Assembly: GCA_012727485.1 (NCBI GenBank)
Contig: JAAYHF010000169.1
Location: 1 to 58,325, forward strand
Direction of reading: 5' to 3'
Length of the DNA: 58,325 nt
Source of the DNA: Eubacteriaceae bacterium
GTDB lineage: Bacteria; Bacillota; Clostridia; Eubacteriales; Anaerofustaceae
The position numbers and the translations under genes were made by a program. Shown here in pieces: positions 48,331 to 57,280 of this stretch. The stretch's first letter is position 1; the number at the start of each line of letters is the position of its first letter. Under the pieces are notes generated by a model that was not told where the DNA came from, did no database searches, and was given only the letters and a program-made list of their open reading frames with translations.

Positions 48331-50961
48331 ATGGAATACTACGGACTTAATCAACTCAGAGAAATGTTTCTCGATTATTTTGCCACCAAAAACGGACATC
48401 TGCGCCTGAACAGCTTTTCGCTTATCCCTCAAAACGATAAAAGCCTTCTGATAATCAATTCGGGAATGGCCCCCCTCAAACCCTATTTCACAGGGCAGGA
48501 AACTCCCCCGAGAAAGAGAGTAACCACCTGCCAAAAATGCATACGCACCCCGGACATCGAAAATGTGGGCAAAACAGCCCGCCACGGCACCTTCTTCGAG
48601 ATGCTGGGCAATTTTTCCTTCGGGGATTATTTCAAAACAGAAGCGATTCAATGGGCTTGGGAATTTTTGACCGAAGTGGTACATATCCCCAAGGAGCTTC
48701 TTTACGCCACCGTATATCTTGACGACGATGAAGCCTACGCCATTTGGAGGGATGTGATCGGTCTGCCCGAAAGCCACATATCCCGCATGGGCAAGGAGGA
48801 CAACTTCTGGGAAATAGGCACAGGCCCCTGCGGGCCCTGTTCCGAGATATATGTTGACAGGGGAGAAAAATACGGCTGCGGCAAGGACGACTGCAAGGTC
48901 GGTTGCGAGTGCGACAGGTTTGTGGAGGTATGGAACCTCGTTTTCACCCAATTCGACCGCAAAGAGGACGGAGCCTACGACAGGCTCGAACACCCCAACA
49001 TCGACACGGGCATGGGTCTTGAGCGTTTGGCGATGGCGGTGCAGGAAGTGGCCAACATTTTCGAAGTTGATACGATCAAATATGTTCGCGATTATATATG
49101 TAAACTGTCCCGGGTCGAATACGGCCTCAACGAAACCGCAGATATATCGGTGAGAGTTATAACCGACCATATCCGCAGTACCGTTTTCATGCTTTCCGAC
49201 GGGATTATCCCCTCCAACGAAGGCAGGGGCTATGTTCTTCGCCGCCTTTTAAGAAGGGCCGTTCGCCACGGCAAGCTATTGGGAATCGAGGGAATGTTCA
49301 TGGAAGCGGTGGCCGAAAAGGTCATCGAATGTTCCCACGAAGCCTATGAGGAGCTTTCCGAAAACAAGGATATGATATTGAAGATGATCCATGTCGAGGA
49401 GGCCCATTTCAATGAAAAGATAGCCCGGGGAGAGCAGCTTCTCAAAGAATTGATCGAAGAAAACGCAAAGCGGGGCATTGGGGTCATCGGCGGAGAGGAC
49501 GCCTTCAAACTTTACGACACTTTCGGCTTCCCGCTGGAGCTTACCATGGAAATAGCCGAGGAAAATTCGGTCACGGTGGACACCGCCGGCTTCGAAACGG
49601 CGATGAAAAATCAAAAAGCCGCTTCCAAGAAGGCCCATGAGCTTCAGGGCATAGCGGGCTGGAAGGACGAGCTGACCGAGATTGTTTCGGGAATGAAGGC
49701 CACCCGCTTCACCGGTTACGACTGCCTTGAGCAAACCTCCAAGGTGGTATGTATTGTGGCGGATTCCCAATCCGTTGACGGCGTCAGCTCCCCCTGCGAA
49801 TGTGTGATTATCACGGAAGCCACCCCCTTCTACGGACAAATGGGGGGACAGGCGGGAGATATGGGAATCCTCACGGGAGAGGGCTTGTTCGGGGAAGTTA
49901 CGGATACCTTGAAAAGCGGCGACAAGACCGCCCATTATGTGAGGCTGACCGAGGGGTCTGTTTCCTTGGGACAAACCGTTGATCTTAAGGTTGACCAAGC
50001 CCACAGAATGAATATTCAGCGCAACCACACCGCCACCCATCTGCTTCACAAAGCCCTTAAGATCGTGCTTGGATCTCATGTAAATCAGGCGGGAAGCGAA
50101 GTGAACGCCGATAAACTCAGATTCGACTTTTCCCACTTCGAAAAGCTCACCGACGAACAGCTTGAGCAGGTGGAAAAGCTGGTAAACGAAGAAATACTCA
50201 AATGTCTGCCCGTCGAAATATTCACCACAACCCTTTCGGAGGCAAAGAAAGCGGGGGCGACTGCCCTTTTCGGAGAAAAATACTCCGATGAGGTTAGGGT
50301 GGTCAAGGCCGGGGAATTTTCCATGGAGCTTTGCGGGGGCTGTCATTTAAGCAACACGGGCTTTGCGGGAATGTTTAAAATAATAAGCGAAGGCGCGGTT
50401 GCGGCGGGAATAAGGCGCATTGAAGCCCTGACGGGCAAAGCCGCCTACGAATACGCCTGCCGCCTGAAGGAACAGCTCGATGAGGCCGCCGAAGCCGTCA
50501 AAGCTTCCCCCGCCGCCCTAACCCAAAGGATAAACGAGCTTCTTTCAGCCAATAATGCCTATCAAAAGGAAATAAAGGCCTTAAAGGATTCTGCCAACAA
50601 GGATTTATCCGGGGAGATTCTCTCCGGGGCATTTGAAGAAAAGGGCATTAAATACGCCCTTTACGACATGGGGGAAAGCGATGTGGCTACCCTGCGGGAT
50701 ATGAGCGACAAACTCAGGGAAAAGATGGATTGCGGCGTTGTTTTACTCACCGGTTTTTCCGGCGCAAAGGGCGTGATGCTCTGCGCCGCCACCAAAAGCG
50801 CGGTTCAAGCCGGTTTCAACTGCGGGGCTTTCATTAAAGAAATCTCCCAAGCTCTCGGAGGCTCGGGAGGAGGCAGGCCGGACATGGCCCAAGCCGGATT
50901 CAAAGACCCCGCAAGGGCAAAGGAAGTGCTTGAGATCGCTTTAAAGCTCATTAATAATTAA
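48331..50961 (+). CDS. alaS: Alanine--tRNA ligase
   Basis: The start is MEYYGLNQLREMFLDYF (GGAGGA upstream). It has an editing-domain HxxxH (HTATHLLH), CGGCH and a C-terminal DHHA1 domain. Confidence 0.95.
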   Translation: MEYYGLNQLREMFLDYFATKNGHLRLNSFSLIPQNDKSLLIINSGMAPLKPYFTGQETPPRKRVTTCQKCIRTPDIENVGKTARHGTFFEMLGNFSFGDYFKTEAIQWAWEFLTEVVHIPKELLYATVYLDDDEAYAIWRDVIGLPESHISRMGKEDNFWEIGTGPCGPCSEIYVDRGEKYGCGKDDCKVGCECDRFVEVWNLVFTQFDRKEDGAYDRLEHPNIDTGMGLERLAMAVQEVANIFEVDTIKYVRDYICKLSRVEYGLNETADISVRVITDHIRSTVFMLSDGIIPSNEGRGYVLRRLLRRAVRHGKLLGIEGMFMEAVAEKVIECSHEAYEELSENKDMILKMIHVEEAHFNEKIARGEQLLKELIEENAKRGIGVIGGEDAFKLYDTFGFPLELTMEIAEENSVTVDTAGFETAMKNQKAASKKAHELQGIAGWKDELTEIVSGMKATRFTGYDCLEQTSKVVCIVADSQSVDGVSSPCECVIITEATPFYGQMGGQAGDMGILTGEGLFGEVTDTLKSGDKTAHYVRLTEGSVSLGQTVDLKVDQAHRMNIQRNHTATHLLHKALKIVLGSHVNQAGSEVNADKLRFDFSHFEKLTDEQLEQVEKLVNEEILKCLPVEIFTTTLSEAKKAGATALFGEKYSDEVRVVKAGEFSMELCGGCHLSNTGFAGMFKIISEGAVAAGIRRIEALTGKAAYEYACRLKEQLDEAAEAVKASPAALTQRINELLSANNAYQKEIKALKDSANKDLSGEILSGAFEEKGIKYALYDMGESDVATLRDMSDKLREKMDCGVVLLTGFSGAKGVMLCAATKSAVQAGFNCGAFIKEISQALGGSGGGRPDMAQAGFKDPARAKEVLEIALKLINN

Positions 50962-50968
50962 AAGAGAA

Positions 50969-50998
50969 AAACATCCCCCGCTTTGGCGGGGGATGTTT
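50969..50998 (+). terminator. Hairpin terminator after alaS
   Basis: The stem is AAACATCCCCCGC-TTTG-GCGGGGGATGTTT. Confidence 0.65.
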
Positions 50999-51083
50999 AG
51001 ACATTGCTAAATTGCCGAAAAGATGATCCGAAAGCGCAATTTGGGTTCAATTCGAAAAATATATCCCATTTTTATATTAACGC

Positions 51084-51112
51084 TTGGCAATTAGCGGATA
51101 ATAAAGTATACT
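51084..51112 (+). promoter_or_regulatory. Promoter TTGGCA-17-TATACT upstream of ireB
   Basis: -35 is at 51084-51089 and -10 at 51107-51112. Confidence 0.45.
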
Positions 51113-51142
51113 TTTAGTAATTATAGTTTTGGAGATGAGAAT

Positions 51143-51403
51143 ATGGATTCCAAGGAACTTCAAGAGACCAGAAAATTTTCCATAGCGCCCGAACGCAATT
51201 CGAAGGTGAGCAACTCTCTGGCGCAGGTTAAAAAGGCTCTCGTGGAGAAGGGTTACGACCCTATCAACCAGATAGTCGGTTACCTGATGAGCGGGGATCC
51301 AACCTACATCACATCCTTCAAGGATGCGAGGAGCATAATTAAAAAAATAGACAGGGACGAATTGCTCGAAGAAGTGGTTTCGTTTTACTTAAAGGAGTTA
51401 TGA
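51143..51403 (+). CDS. ireB: IreB-family regulatory phosphoprotein (UPF0297/DUF965)
   Basis: 86 aa with [22 protein letters not shown]. Confidence 0.85.
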   Translation: MDSKELQETRKFSIAPERNSKVSNSLAQVKKALVEKGYDPINQIVGYLMSGDPTYITSFKDARSIIKKIDRDELLEEVVSFYLKEL

Positions 51404-51455
51404 TTTCGCGGCAAAACAGCCCTGCGCTGTTTTTGTGCGCGCAAAACAAAGAGAA

Positions 51456-52175
51456 ATGCTTGAAAAAAGAATAATGTGCCTTGATCTCGGCGATAAAAGG
51501 ATCGGAGTGGCCGTCAGTGATATGCTCGGCATAACTTCCCAAGCCGCCGGGGTTATTGTTTCCCGGGGGGAAATGCAGGATATCGATGAGATTAAAAAGC
51601 TGATCGAACAGAAAAATGTCGGTCTTTTGCTTATAGGTTATCCGATAAGCATGGACGGAAGCGAGGGCGGCAAGGGCGCAAAAATAAGGGAACAATTTGA
51701 GAGAATGAAGCCGCTTATCCCCTGCGAGATGATGCTTTGGGATGAACGGCTTTCAACTAAAGAGGCGCAGAGAATTCTTACCGAAGCCGGCAAGAATTGG
51801 AAAAAGCAAAGAAACCTTATAGACGAAACTGCGGCGCAGATAATACTCCAAAGTTATTTGGATACCAAAACATTTAAGAAAGAGGAAAAAATGACAACAG
51901 AAAAGAACAACATGGAAGAAGAATTCGAAGAAGAAGAAATGGAAGAAACACTCACCCTCATCAATGACGAGGGGCAGGAAGTGGAGCTTTTCATAGATTC
52001 GGAATTTGAATTTGAAGGAAAGATGTATATAGTGCTTTACGAAAGCGAAGATAACGATGAAGCCTACATTTACAGATTAGACGAGGACGAAAACGGGGAA
52101 AGCTATCTTGTTGATATAGAGGACGACGAGGAATTCGGCAAGGTGGTTGACTACTACTCAGAATTGGATGAATAA
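51456..52175 (+). CDS. ruvX: Holliday-junction-resolvase-like RuvX (YqgF) fused in frame to a DUF1292 domain
   Basis: The RuvX part is MCLDLGDKRIGVAVSD...AAQIILQSYLD. With no intervening stop it continues into MTTEKNNMEEE...LTLINDEGQEVELF...YIYRLDEDENGESYLVDIEDDEE (DUF1292-like). An internal AAGAGGA RBS precedes ATG 51891. The N-terminal start is uncertain (51456 or 51474). Confidence 0.75.
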   Translation: MLEKRIMCLDLGDKRIGVAVSDMLGITSQAAGVIVSRGEMQDIDEIKKLIEQKNVGLLLIGYPISMDGSEGGKGAKIREQFERMKPLIPCEMMLWDERLSTKEAQRILTEAGKNWKKQRNLIDETAAQIILQSYLDTKTFKKEEKMTTEKNNMEEEFEEEEMEETLTLINDEGQEVELFIDSEFEFEGKMYIVLYESEDNDEAYIYRLDEDENGESYLVDIEDDEEFGKVVDYYSELDE

Positions 52176-52176
52176 A

Positions 52177-53892
52177 ATGGCAGGCCAACAGCGAAAAAAT
52201 ACAACACAAACGACACAGAACAAAACACCCCGTTCCCCTCAAGGTTTCAGGGTTATCCCCCTGGGCGGAATGGAAGAAATAGGGAAAAACTTCACTGTAA
52301 TTGAATGTGAAGATGATCTTATCATTATCGACTGCGGTATAAAATTTCCGGATGACGAGATGTATGGCATTGATTTTGTCATTCCGGATTTTTCTTATCT
52401 GGATAACAAGCTCAATAAGATAAGGGGACTTTTCCTCACCCACGGACACGAAGACCATATAGGGGCAATCCCCTACTTCATTAAGCGCTTCGGCAATATC
52501 CCCATCTACGGCACAAAGCTCACCATAGGTTTATTGCAGAATAAAATAGCGGAACATAAGCTGGAAAGCGAAGCCAATCTAAACAATGTGCATTACGGCT
52601 CGATCATAACCGTGAAGGGTTTCATCGTCGAATTCGTGATGACAAACCATTCCATACCCGACAGCGCTTCCCTGCTCATCAAATGCTCCGGAGGAACAAT
52701 TTTCCACACAGGGGATTTTAAAATAGACTTGACCCCGGTGGATAATCAGAAGATAGACTTGGGCAGAATAGCCCAGGCGGGCATCAGCGGGATAGATCTT
52801 TTAATCTCCGACAGCACCAATGCGGAAAAACCGGGCTACACTGCCTCGGAATCAACCATAGGCAGGGTTTTCGAGCATCTGTTTGCTCAGGCGGATAAGA
52901 AGCGGATTATAATAGCCGCCTTTTCCACCAATATTCACAGGATTCAGCAGATATTCGACACAGCCAAGCTTTACAAGCGCAAGGTGGCGGTGATAGGGCG
53001 GAGCATGGTGAATGTGGTGGGGGTGGCAAAGGAGCTTAAATACCTCAAATTCAAGGATTCGATTTTGGTGGATACCTCGGAAATAGGCAGATATTTGCCC
53101 GAACAGCTGGTGCTTTTGACCACCGGCTCCCAGGGAGAACCCATGAGCGCCCTTTCGAGAATGGCCGCAGGGGAACACCGTCAGGCCAAGATAAACGAAA
53201 ACGATTATATCATCATATCCGCCACGCCCATACCCGGTAACGAAAAGACCGTGGCCTTTGTTATAAGCGATCTCATCAAGCAGGGCGCACAGGTCATATA
53301 TCAGGGAGCGAACGATGTCCATGTTTCCGGACACGGGGGGCAGGAGGATTTGAAAATGATACTTGCGCTCACCAAGCCCAGATGCTTCATCCCCTGCCAC
53401 GGCGAATACAAAATGCTCTATGCCCATTCCCTTTTGGCAAAAAAGTTGGGAGTGAAGGAAGAAAACGTAAACATAATGCGTAACGGCGATGTGCTGGAAG
53501 TGACCCAGGAGGGCGCAAAGATTGTGGAGAGCCTGAATGTGGGGATAACCCTTGTGGACGGCTCCGGCATAGGCGACATCGGCTCAATCGTTCTGCGCGA
53601 TAGGAAAAAGCTCAGCGAGGGGGGACTATTCATAGTCTCCGCCACCATAGATTCCAAGGGGATCTTGGCCGGGCCGAGCATTCTTTCCAGAGGTTTCATT
53701 TACATGAGGGGCAGTGCGGATCTGCTCAACGAAGCAAAGAAAATTTCCGCCGAGCTGATAGCTAAAAAGATAGGGGAATCCGCCAGTCTTCAGGATATTA
53801 AAAGTTCCCTCAAATCCACCCTTGACTCCTACCTTTTCGGAAAGACGATGCGTAAGCCCGTGGTCATGCCCATCGTGTTGAAGGTGGACTGA
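52177..53892 (+). CDS. rnj: Ribonuclease J
   Basis: The start is MAGQQRK. It has the metallo-beta-lactamase motif HGHEDHIGA and beta-CASP architecture. Confidence 0.9.
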   Translation: MAGQQRKNTTQTTQNKTPRSPQGFRVIPLGGMEEIGKNFTVIECEDDLIIIDCGIKFPDDEMYGIDFVIPDFSYLDNKLNKIRGLFLTHGHEDHIGAIPYFIKRFGNIPIYGTKLTIGLLQNKIAEHKLESEANLNNVHYGSIITVKGFIVEFVMTNHSIPDSASLLIKCSGGTIFHTGDFKIDLTPVDNQKIDLGRIAQAGISGIDLLISDSTNAEKPGYTASESTIGRVFEHLFAQADKKRIIIAAFSTNIHRIQQIFDTAKLYKRKVAVIGRSMVNVVGVAKELKYLKFKDSILVDTSEIGRYLPEQLVLLTTGSQGEPMSALSRMAAGEHRQAKINENDYIIISATPIPGNEKTVAFVISDLIKQGAQVIYQGANDVHVSGHGGQEDLKMILALTKPRCFIPCHGEYKMLYAHSLLAKKLGVKEENVNIMRNGDVLEVTQEGAKIVESLNVGITLVDGSGIGDIGSIVLRDRKKLSEGGLFIVSATIDSKGILAGPSILSRGFIYMRGSADLLNEAKKISAELIAKKIGESASLQDIKSSLKSTLDSYLFGKTMRKPVVMPIVLKVD

Positions 53893-53893
53893 T

Positions 53894-54262
53894 ATGCAGG
53901 TATACGATAAACTGCACGAACTGACGGGGGCAGTAAGACAAAGCGAACAATATAAAAGATATATGGCGGCGGCAAGGGCTGTCAGCGGAAACGAATTATA
54001 CGAATCCATGATAAGGGATTTTCTCGCCGCACAAATCGAGCTTTCGGCAATGAAGATGCTTGGCCGTCAGCCCGATGAGGATAGGATAGATAATTTCAAT
54101 AATTTATATGCCTCGGTGAGTTCCATAGGGGAAGTGAATGAATTCATTCAGGCGCAAATGGCCTTTTCCCTGATGATGGACGACATTACCCGAGAAATAG
54201 CCTCCCTCACCGATACGGGATTTGACTTCATGAAATTCAATCCCGGAGATTTCGTTTATTAA
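53894..54262 (+). CDS. YlbF/YmcA-family regulatory protein
   Basis: 122 aa and helical, with N-terminus MQVYDKLHELTGAVRQSEQYKRY typical of UPF0342/YlbF. It follows RNase J. Confidence 0.65.
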   Translation: MQVYDKLHELTGAVRQSEQYKRYMAAARAVSGNELYESMIRDFLAAQIELSAMKMLGRQPDEDRIDNFNNLYASVSSIGEVNEFIQAQMAFSLMMDDITREIASLTDTGFDFMKFNPGDFVY

Positions 54263-54267
54263 CTTTC

Positions 54268-54294
54268 AAAAGCCGCACACCATGCGGCTTTTTT
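54268..54294 (+). terminator. Intrinsic terminator
   Basis: The stem AGCCGCA-CACCA-TGCGGCT is followed by TTTTTT. Confidence 0.85.
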
Positions 54295-54331
54295 ACATTG
54301 TATCAATATAAAAATCCAAAGAAGGAAAAAG

Positions 54332-54793
54332 ATGATAAGAAGGATTGAAAGAGAGGACATTCCCGCCTGCGCCGCCATAATGAGGGAGGTTTACAACAAC
54401 CCCCTTTGGCAGTGCCGCTGGAATGAAAAGACCTCCGAGGCTTACCTGACGGATTATTTCGAAGCGAAAAAGTTCTTGGGTTTCGTTTGCGAAATTGAAA
54501 ACGAGGGCGGTGGCAGGGAAATATGCGCGGCTATGTTTTGTCATGAAAAAATATGGTGGAACAACAGCGAGCTTTTCATAGATGAAATGTTTGTTCTTCC
54601 GAGTATGCAAAGGCGAGGTTACGGCAGCGCCCTGCTTGAAGCCGGGGAGGAATACATAAAAGAAAAAGCCCTTGCGGGCTTCACCCTCACCACCAACCGC
54701 CATTCCTTCGCCCCCGCCTTTTACGAAAAGAACGGGTTTGAGAGGGCAGAGCATATTCTTTATATGTATAAAAGCATGGAAAACGGGCAATAA
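54332..54793 (+). CDS. GNAT-family N-acetyltransferase
   Basis: The acetyl-CoA motif is LPSMQRRGYGSALLE. Confidence 0.8.
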   Translation: MIRRIEREDIPACAAIMREVYNNPLWQCRWNEKTSEAYLTDYFEAKKFLGFVCEIENEGGGREICAAMFCHEKIWWNNSELFIDEMFVLPSMQRRGYGSALLEAGEEYIKEKALAGFTLTTNRHSFAPAFYEKNGFERAEHILYMYKSMENGQ

Positions 54794-54799
54794 GGTTTA

Positions 54800-54835
54800 A
54801 AGCGCCCCGGGTAAAGTCAATACCCCGGGGCGCTG
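54800..54835. terminator. GC-rich hairpin between convergent genes
   Basis: AGCGCCCCGGG...CCCGGGGCGCT forms a stem of about 11-13 bp. There is no clear U-tract. Confidence 0.5.
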
Positions 54836-54860
54836 AGCATATTCGCCATTATTCGAAGCC

Positions 54861-55568
54861 CTATTCCTCCGCAATCTCCAAAGCGATCTTCATCATATCC
54901 GTCATGGTTTTTTCCCTCTCCTCGCTGGTGGTTTCGTCCGCGGTGTAAATGAAATGGTCGCTGATAGTCAAAACCGAAAGGGCCTTTTTGCCCGTTTGGG
55001 CGGCTATCATATAAAGGGCGGCGGTTTCCATTTCCACCCCCAATACTCCCATCTTAGCCCAAGATTGCCAAGTACCCTGTGGCTCATAGAAAATATCGCT
55101 GGATAATATATTGCCCACGGTGTAACGCACCTTCAGCTTATCGGCAACTTCCTTTGCCTTGAGCAGTAAGTCAAAATCTGCAAGGGGGGCGAAGGTGCCT
55201 TTTAAACCGTATTGATCGGCCCAGGCGGAGTTTGTACTCGCTCCCATGGCGAGGACGATGTCCCTCACCTTTACCTTCTCGCTGTAACCGCCCGCCGTTC
55301 CCACTCTTATTATGGACTCCACTCCGTATTGGGTGAATAACTCATGGGCATAAATACCCAAAGAAGGCATACCCATTCCCGAGGCCATGACGGATACTCT
55401 CTTTGCGCCGTAATAGCCTGTGTAACCGTTTATGCCTCTGACATTATTGACGAGCTTTGCATTATCCAAAAAGGTTTCCGCTATGAATTTCGCCCTCATC
55501 GGATCTCCGGGCATGAGGACTGTTTTGGCAAAATCTCCTAAATTCGCCGTATTATGTGGTGTGGACAT
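54861..55568 (-). CDS. deoD: Purine nucleoside phosphorylase, DeoD type
   Basis: The sequence includes TPHNTANLGDFAKTVLMPGDPMRAKFIAETFL and VEMETAALY. Confidence 0.9.
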   Translation of the reverse strand: MSTPHNTANLGDFAKTVLMPGDPMRAKFIAETFLDNAKLVNNVRGINGYTGYYGAKRVSVMASGMGMPSLGIYAHELFTQYGVESIIRVGTAGGYSEKVKVRDIVLAMGASTNSAWADQYGLKGTFAPLADFDLLLKAKEVADKLKVRYTVGNILSSDIFYEPQGTWQSWAKMGVLGVEMETAALYMIAAQTGKKALSVLTISDHFIYTADETTSEEREKTMTDMMKIALEIAEE

Positions 55569-55591
55569 GATTCCTCCGGGTTTTTCTTTGA

Positions 55592-55858
55592 TTATAACAT
55601 ATCCCCGGGGGATTTTAGCGTGTAATATTCGGATAATTCGCTGTCCAACAATTCAAAGGCCACGCCGTTTTTTTCCAAAAGCAATGAGAGGGTGTTCAGC
55701 ACAGCGGAAATGAGCTTTTCCAACATTTCCACCTGAACCTCATGGCGAACCTTGGGCTTTTCGGAAATGGTATTTTCCTTTGGCTTTACAGTTTCTTTCG
55801 CTTCGATTAACCCCGTTTTCAGGGGTACATAGGGCATGACATAGGTATATTTACTCAT
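55592..55858 (-). CDS. Hypothetical 88-aa protein
   Basis: The start at MSKYTYVMPY has AAAGAGG upstream. No motif is recognised. It lies 24 nt upstream of deoD. Confidence 0.5.
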   Translation of the reverse strand: MSKYTYVMPYVPLKTGLIEAKETVKPKENTISEKPKVRHEVQVEMLEKLISAVLNTLSLLLEKNGVAFELLDSELSEYYTLKSPGDML

Positions 55859-55960
55859 AATGACCTCTTTCCGGGTTATATTTATGTTAAATTTTCCGTT
55901 TTTATTTGCGGTATGATATAATAATCTCATAAATTCAATTCAACCCGAAAGGAATAACAG

Positions 55961-57280
55961 ATGAATTATCAGGAATCGCTGGACTTTATTGAAAACACTC
56001 ACAAGTTCGGCAGAAAATTGGGTCTTGAGAATATCACCATTCTTCTTCATGAGCTGGGAGATCCCCATATCGGAATGAAGTATGTGCATGTGGCGGGCAG
56101 TAACGGAAAAGGTTCAACCTGCGCCATGATAGCCACTGTTTTACAGTGCGCCGGCTACAAGACCGGGCTCTACATTTCCCCCTATCTGGAAAGGTTCAAC
56201 GAAAGAATCCAAATCAACAGAAACCCCATTCCCGATGACGACCTTGCCGAAAACACTACCTTGATAAAGGAAGCCATAGACAGAATGGTGGCAAAGGGAT
56301 ATGACTGCCCCTCCGAATTTGAGGTCATAACCGCAATAGCCTATAATTACTACAGGCGCGAGGGAGTGGATATAATCGTATTCGAAGTCGGTATGGGCGG
56401 CAGAATGGACGCCACCAATACCTGCCCCGACCCGGAAGCCGAAGTCATTTGCTCGCTGAGCTTGGAGCATCAGCAGTATCTGGGCGACACCATTGAAAAG
56501 ATAGCGGGAGAAAAGGCCGGAATAATAAAGGAAAACAGCGATGTCAGCGTTTACGGACTTGTTCCCCCCGAAACCGTTCCCGTCATAAAGGCAAAGGCGG
56601 ATTCCATGAATGCGAGAATGCACCTTTGCGACCCCAACGATATTGAGCTTATCTCCCACGACATTTCCGGACAGATCGTGAAGTATAAAAGGAAAGACTC
56701 AATTCTCGGAATAGACGAATTTAAGCTGGCTCTCATCGGCAACTATCAGGTTTACAACTGCCTGAATGTTCTGAACACCCTCGAAATATTAAAGGGCAAG
56801 GGCTGGAACATCACCCCCGAAGCCATCAAGGAAGGTCTGAATAAGGTTGCCTTCACCGGCAGATTCGAAGTATTGCACAAAGACCCGGTTATCTTAATAG
56901 ACGGCGGCCACAACATCGAAGGAATAACCGTTTTCACGAACAGCATCAAGACCTATTTCCCGGGAAAGAAAGTGGTGCTTTTCTACGGTATGCTCAACGA
57001 TAAGGCTGTGGACGACTCCATCAGGCTTCTTTGCTCCATCGCAAAGAAGGTCTACACCCTGACTCCCGACGACCCCAGCAGAGCTATCCAATCCGCTGAA
57101 ATGGCAAAAATGGTTCATAATGTTGACCCCTCCCTGCCCGTTCAATCCTTGGACAGCTTCCAAGACATTATGGGCGAGATCGATGTCAACGCCAAAGATG
57201 AGATATATGCCTTCACCGGTTCTCTTTATATGATAGGCGAAGCCAGAACCGTGGTTAACAATTACTTTGGCCAAAACTGA
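55961..57280 (+). CDS. folC: Bifunctional folylpolyglutamate synthase / dihydrofolate synthase
   Basis: It has the P-loop GSNGKGST and Mur-ligase architecture. Confidence 0.9.
   Translation: MNYQESLDFIENTHKFGRKLGLENITILLHELGDPHIGMKYVHVAGSNGKGSTCAMIATVLQCAGYKTGLYISPYLERFNERIQINRNPIPDDDLAENTTLIKEAIDRMVAKGYDCPSEFEVITAIAYNYYRREGVDIIVFEVGMGGRMDATNTCPDPEAEVICSLSLEHQQYLGDTIEKIAGEKAGIIKENSDVSVYGLVPPETVPVIKAKADSMNARMHLCDPNDIELISHDISGQIVKYKRKDSILGIDEFKLALIGNYQVYNCLNVLNTLEILKGKGWNITPEAIKEGLNKVAFTGRFEVLHKDPVILIDGGHNIEGITVFTNSIKTYFPGKKVVLFYGMLNDKAVDDSIRLLCSIAKKVYTLTPDDPSRAIQSAEMAKMVHNVDPSLPVQSLDSFQDIMGEIDVNAKDEIYAFTGSLYMIGEARTVVNNYFGQN

Noticed and set aside
49276-50346. 356-aa minus-strand ORF (with 48313-49170) inside alaS
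   Set aside because: It is antisense to a full-length AlaRS with all signature motifs. This is a typical long shadow ORF. The same reasoning applies to 4047-4853 (ispE), 18599-19363 (plsY/rarA), 26105-26938 (C-S lyase) and 12312-13013 (mutS2).
57255-57280. 26-nt convergent 3' overlap of folC and ftsH
   Set aside because: Both C-termini look genuine, and such overlaps are common in compact genomes. I do not consider it functionally notable without further evidence.
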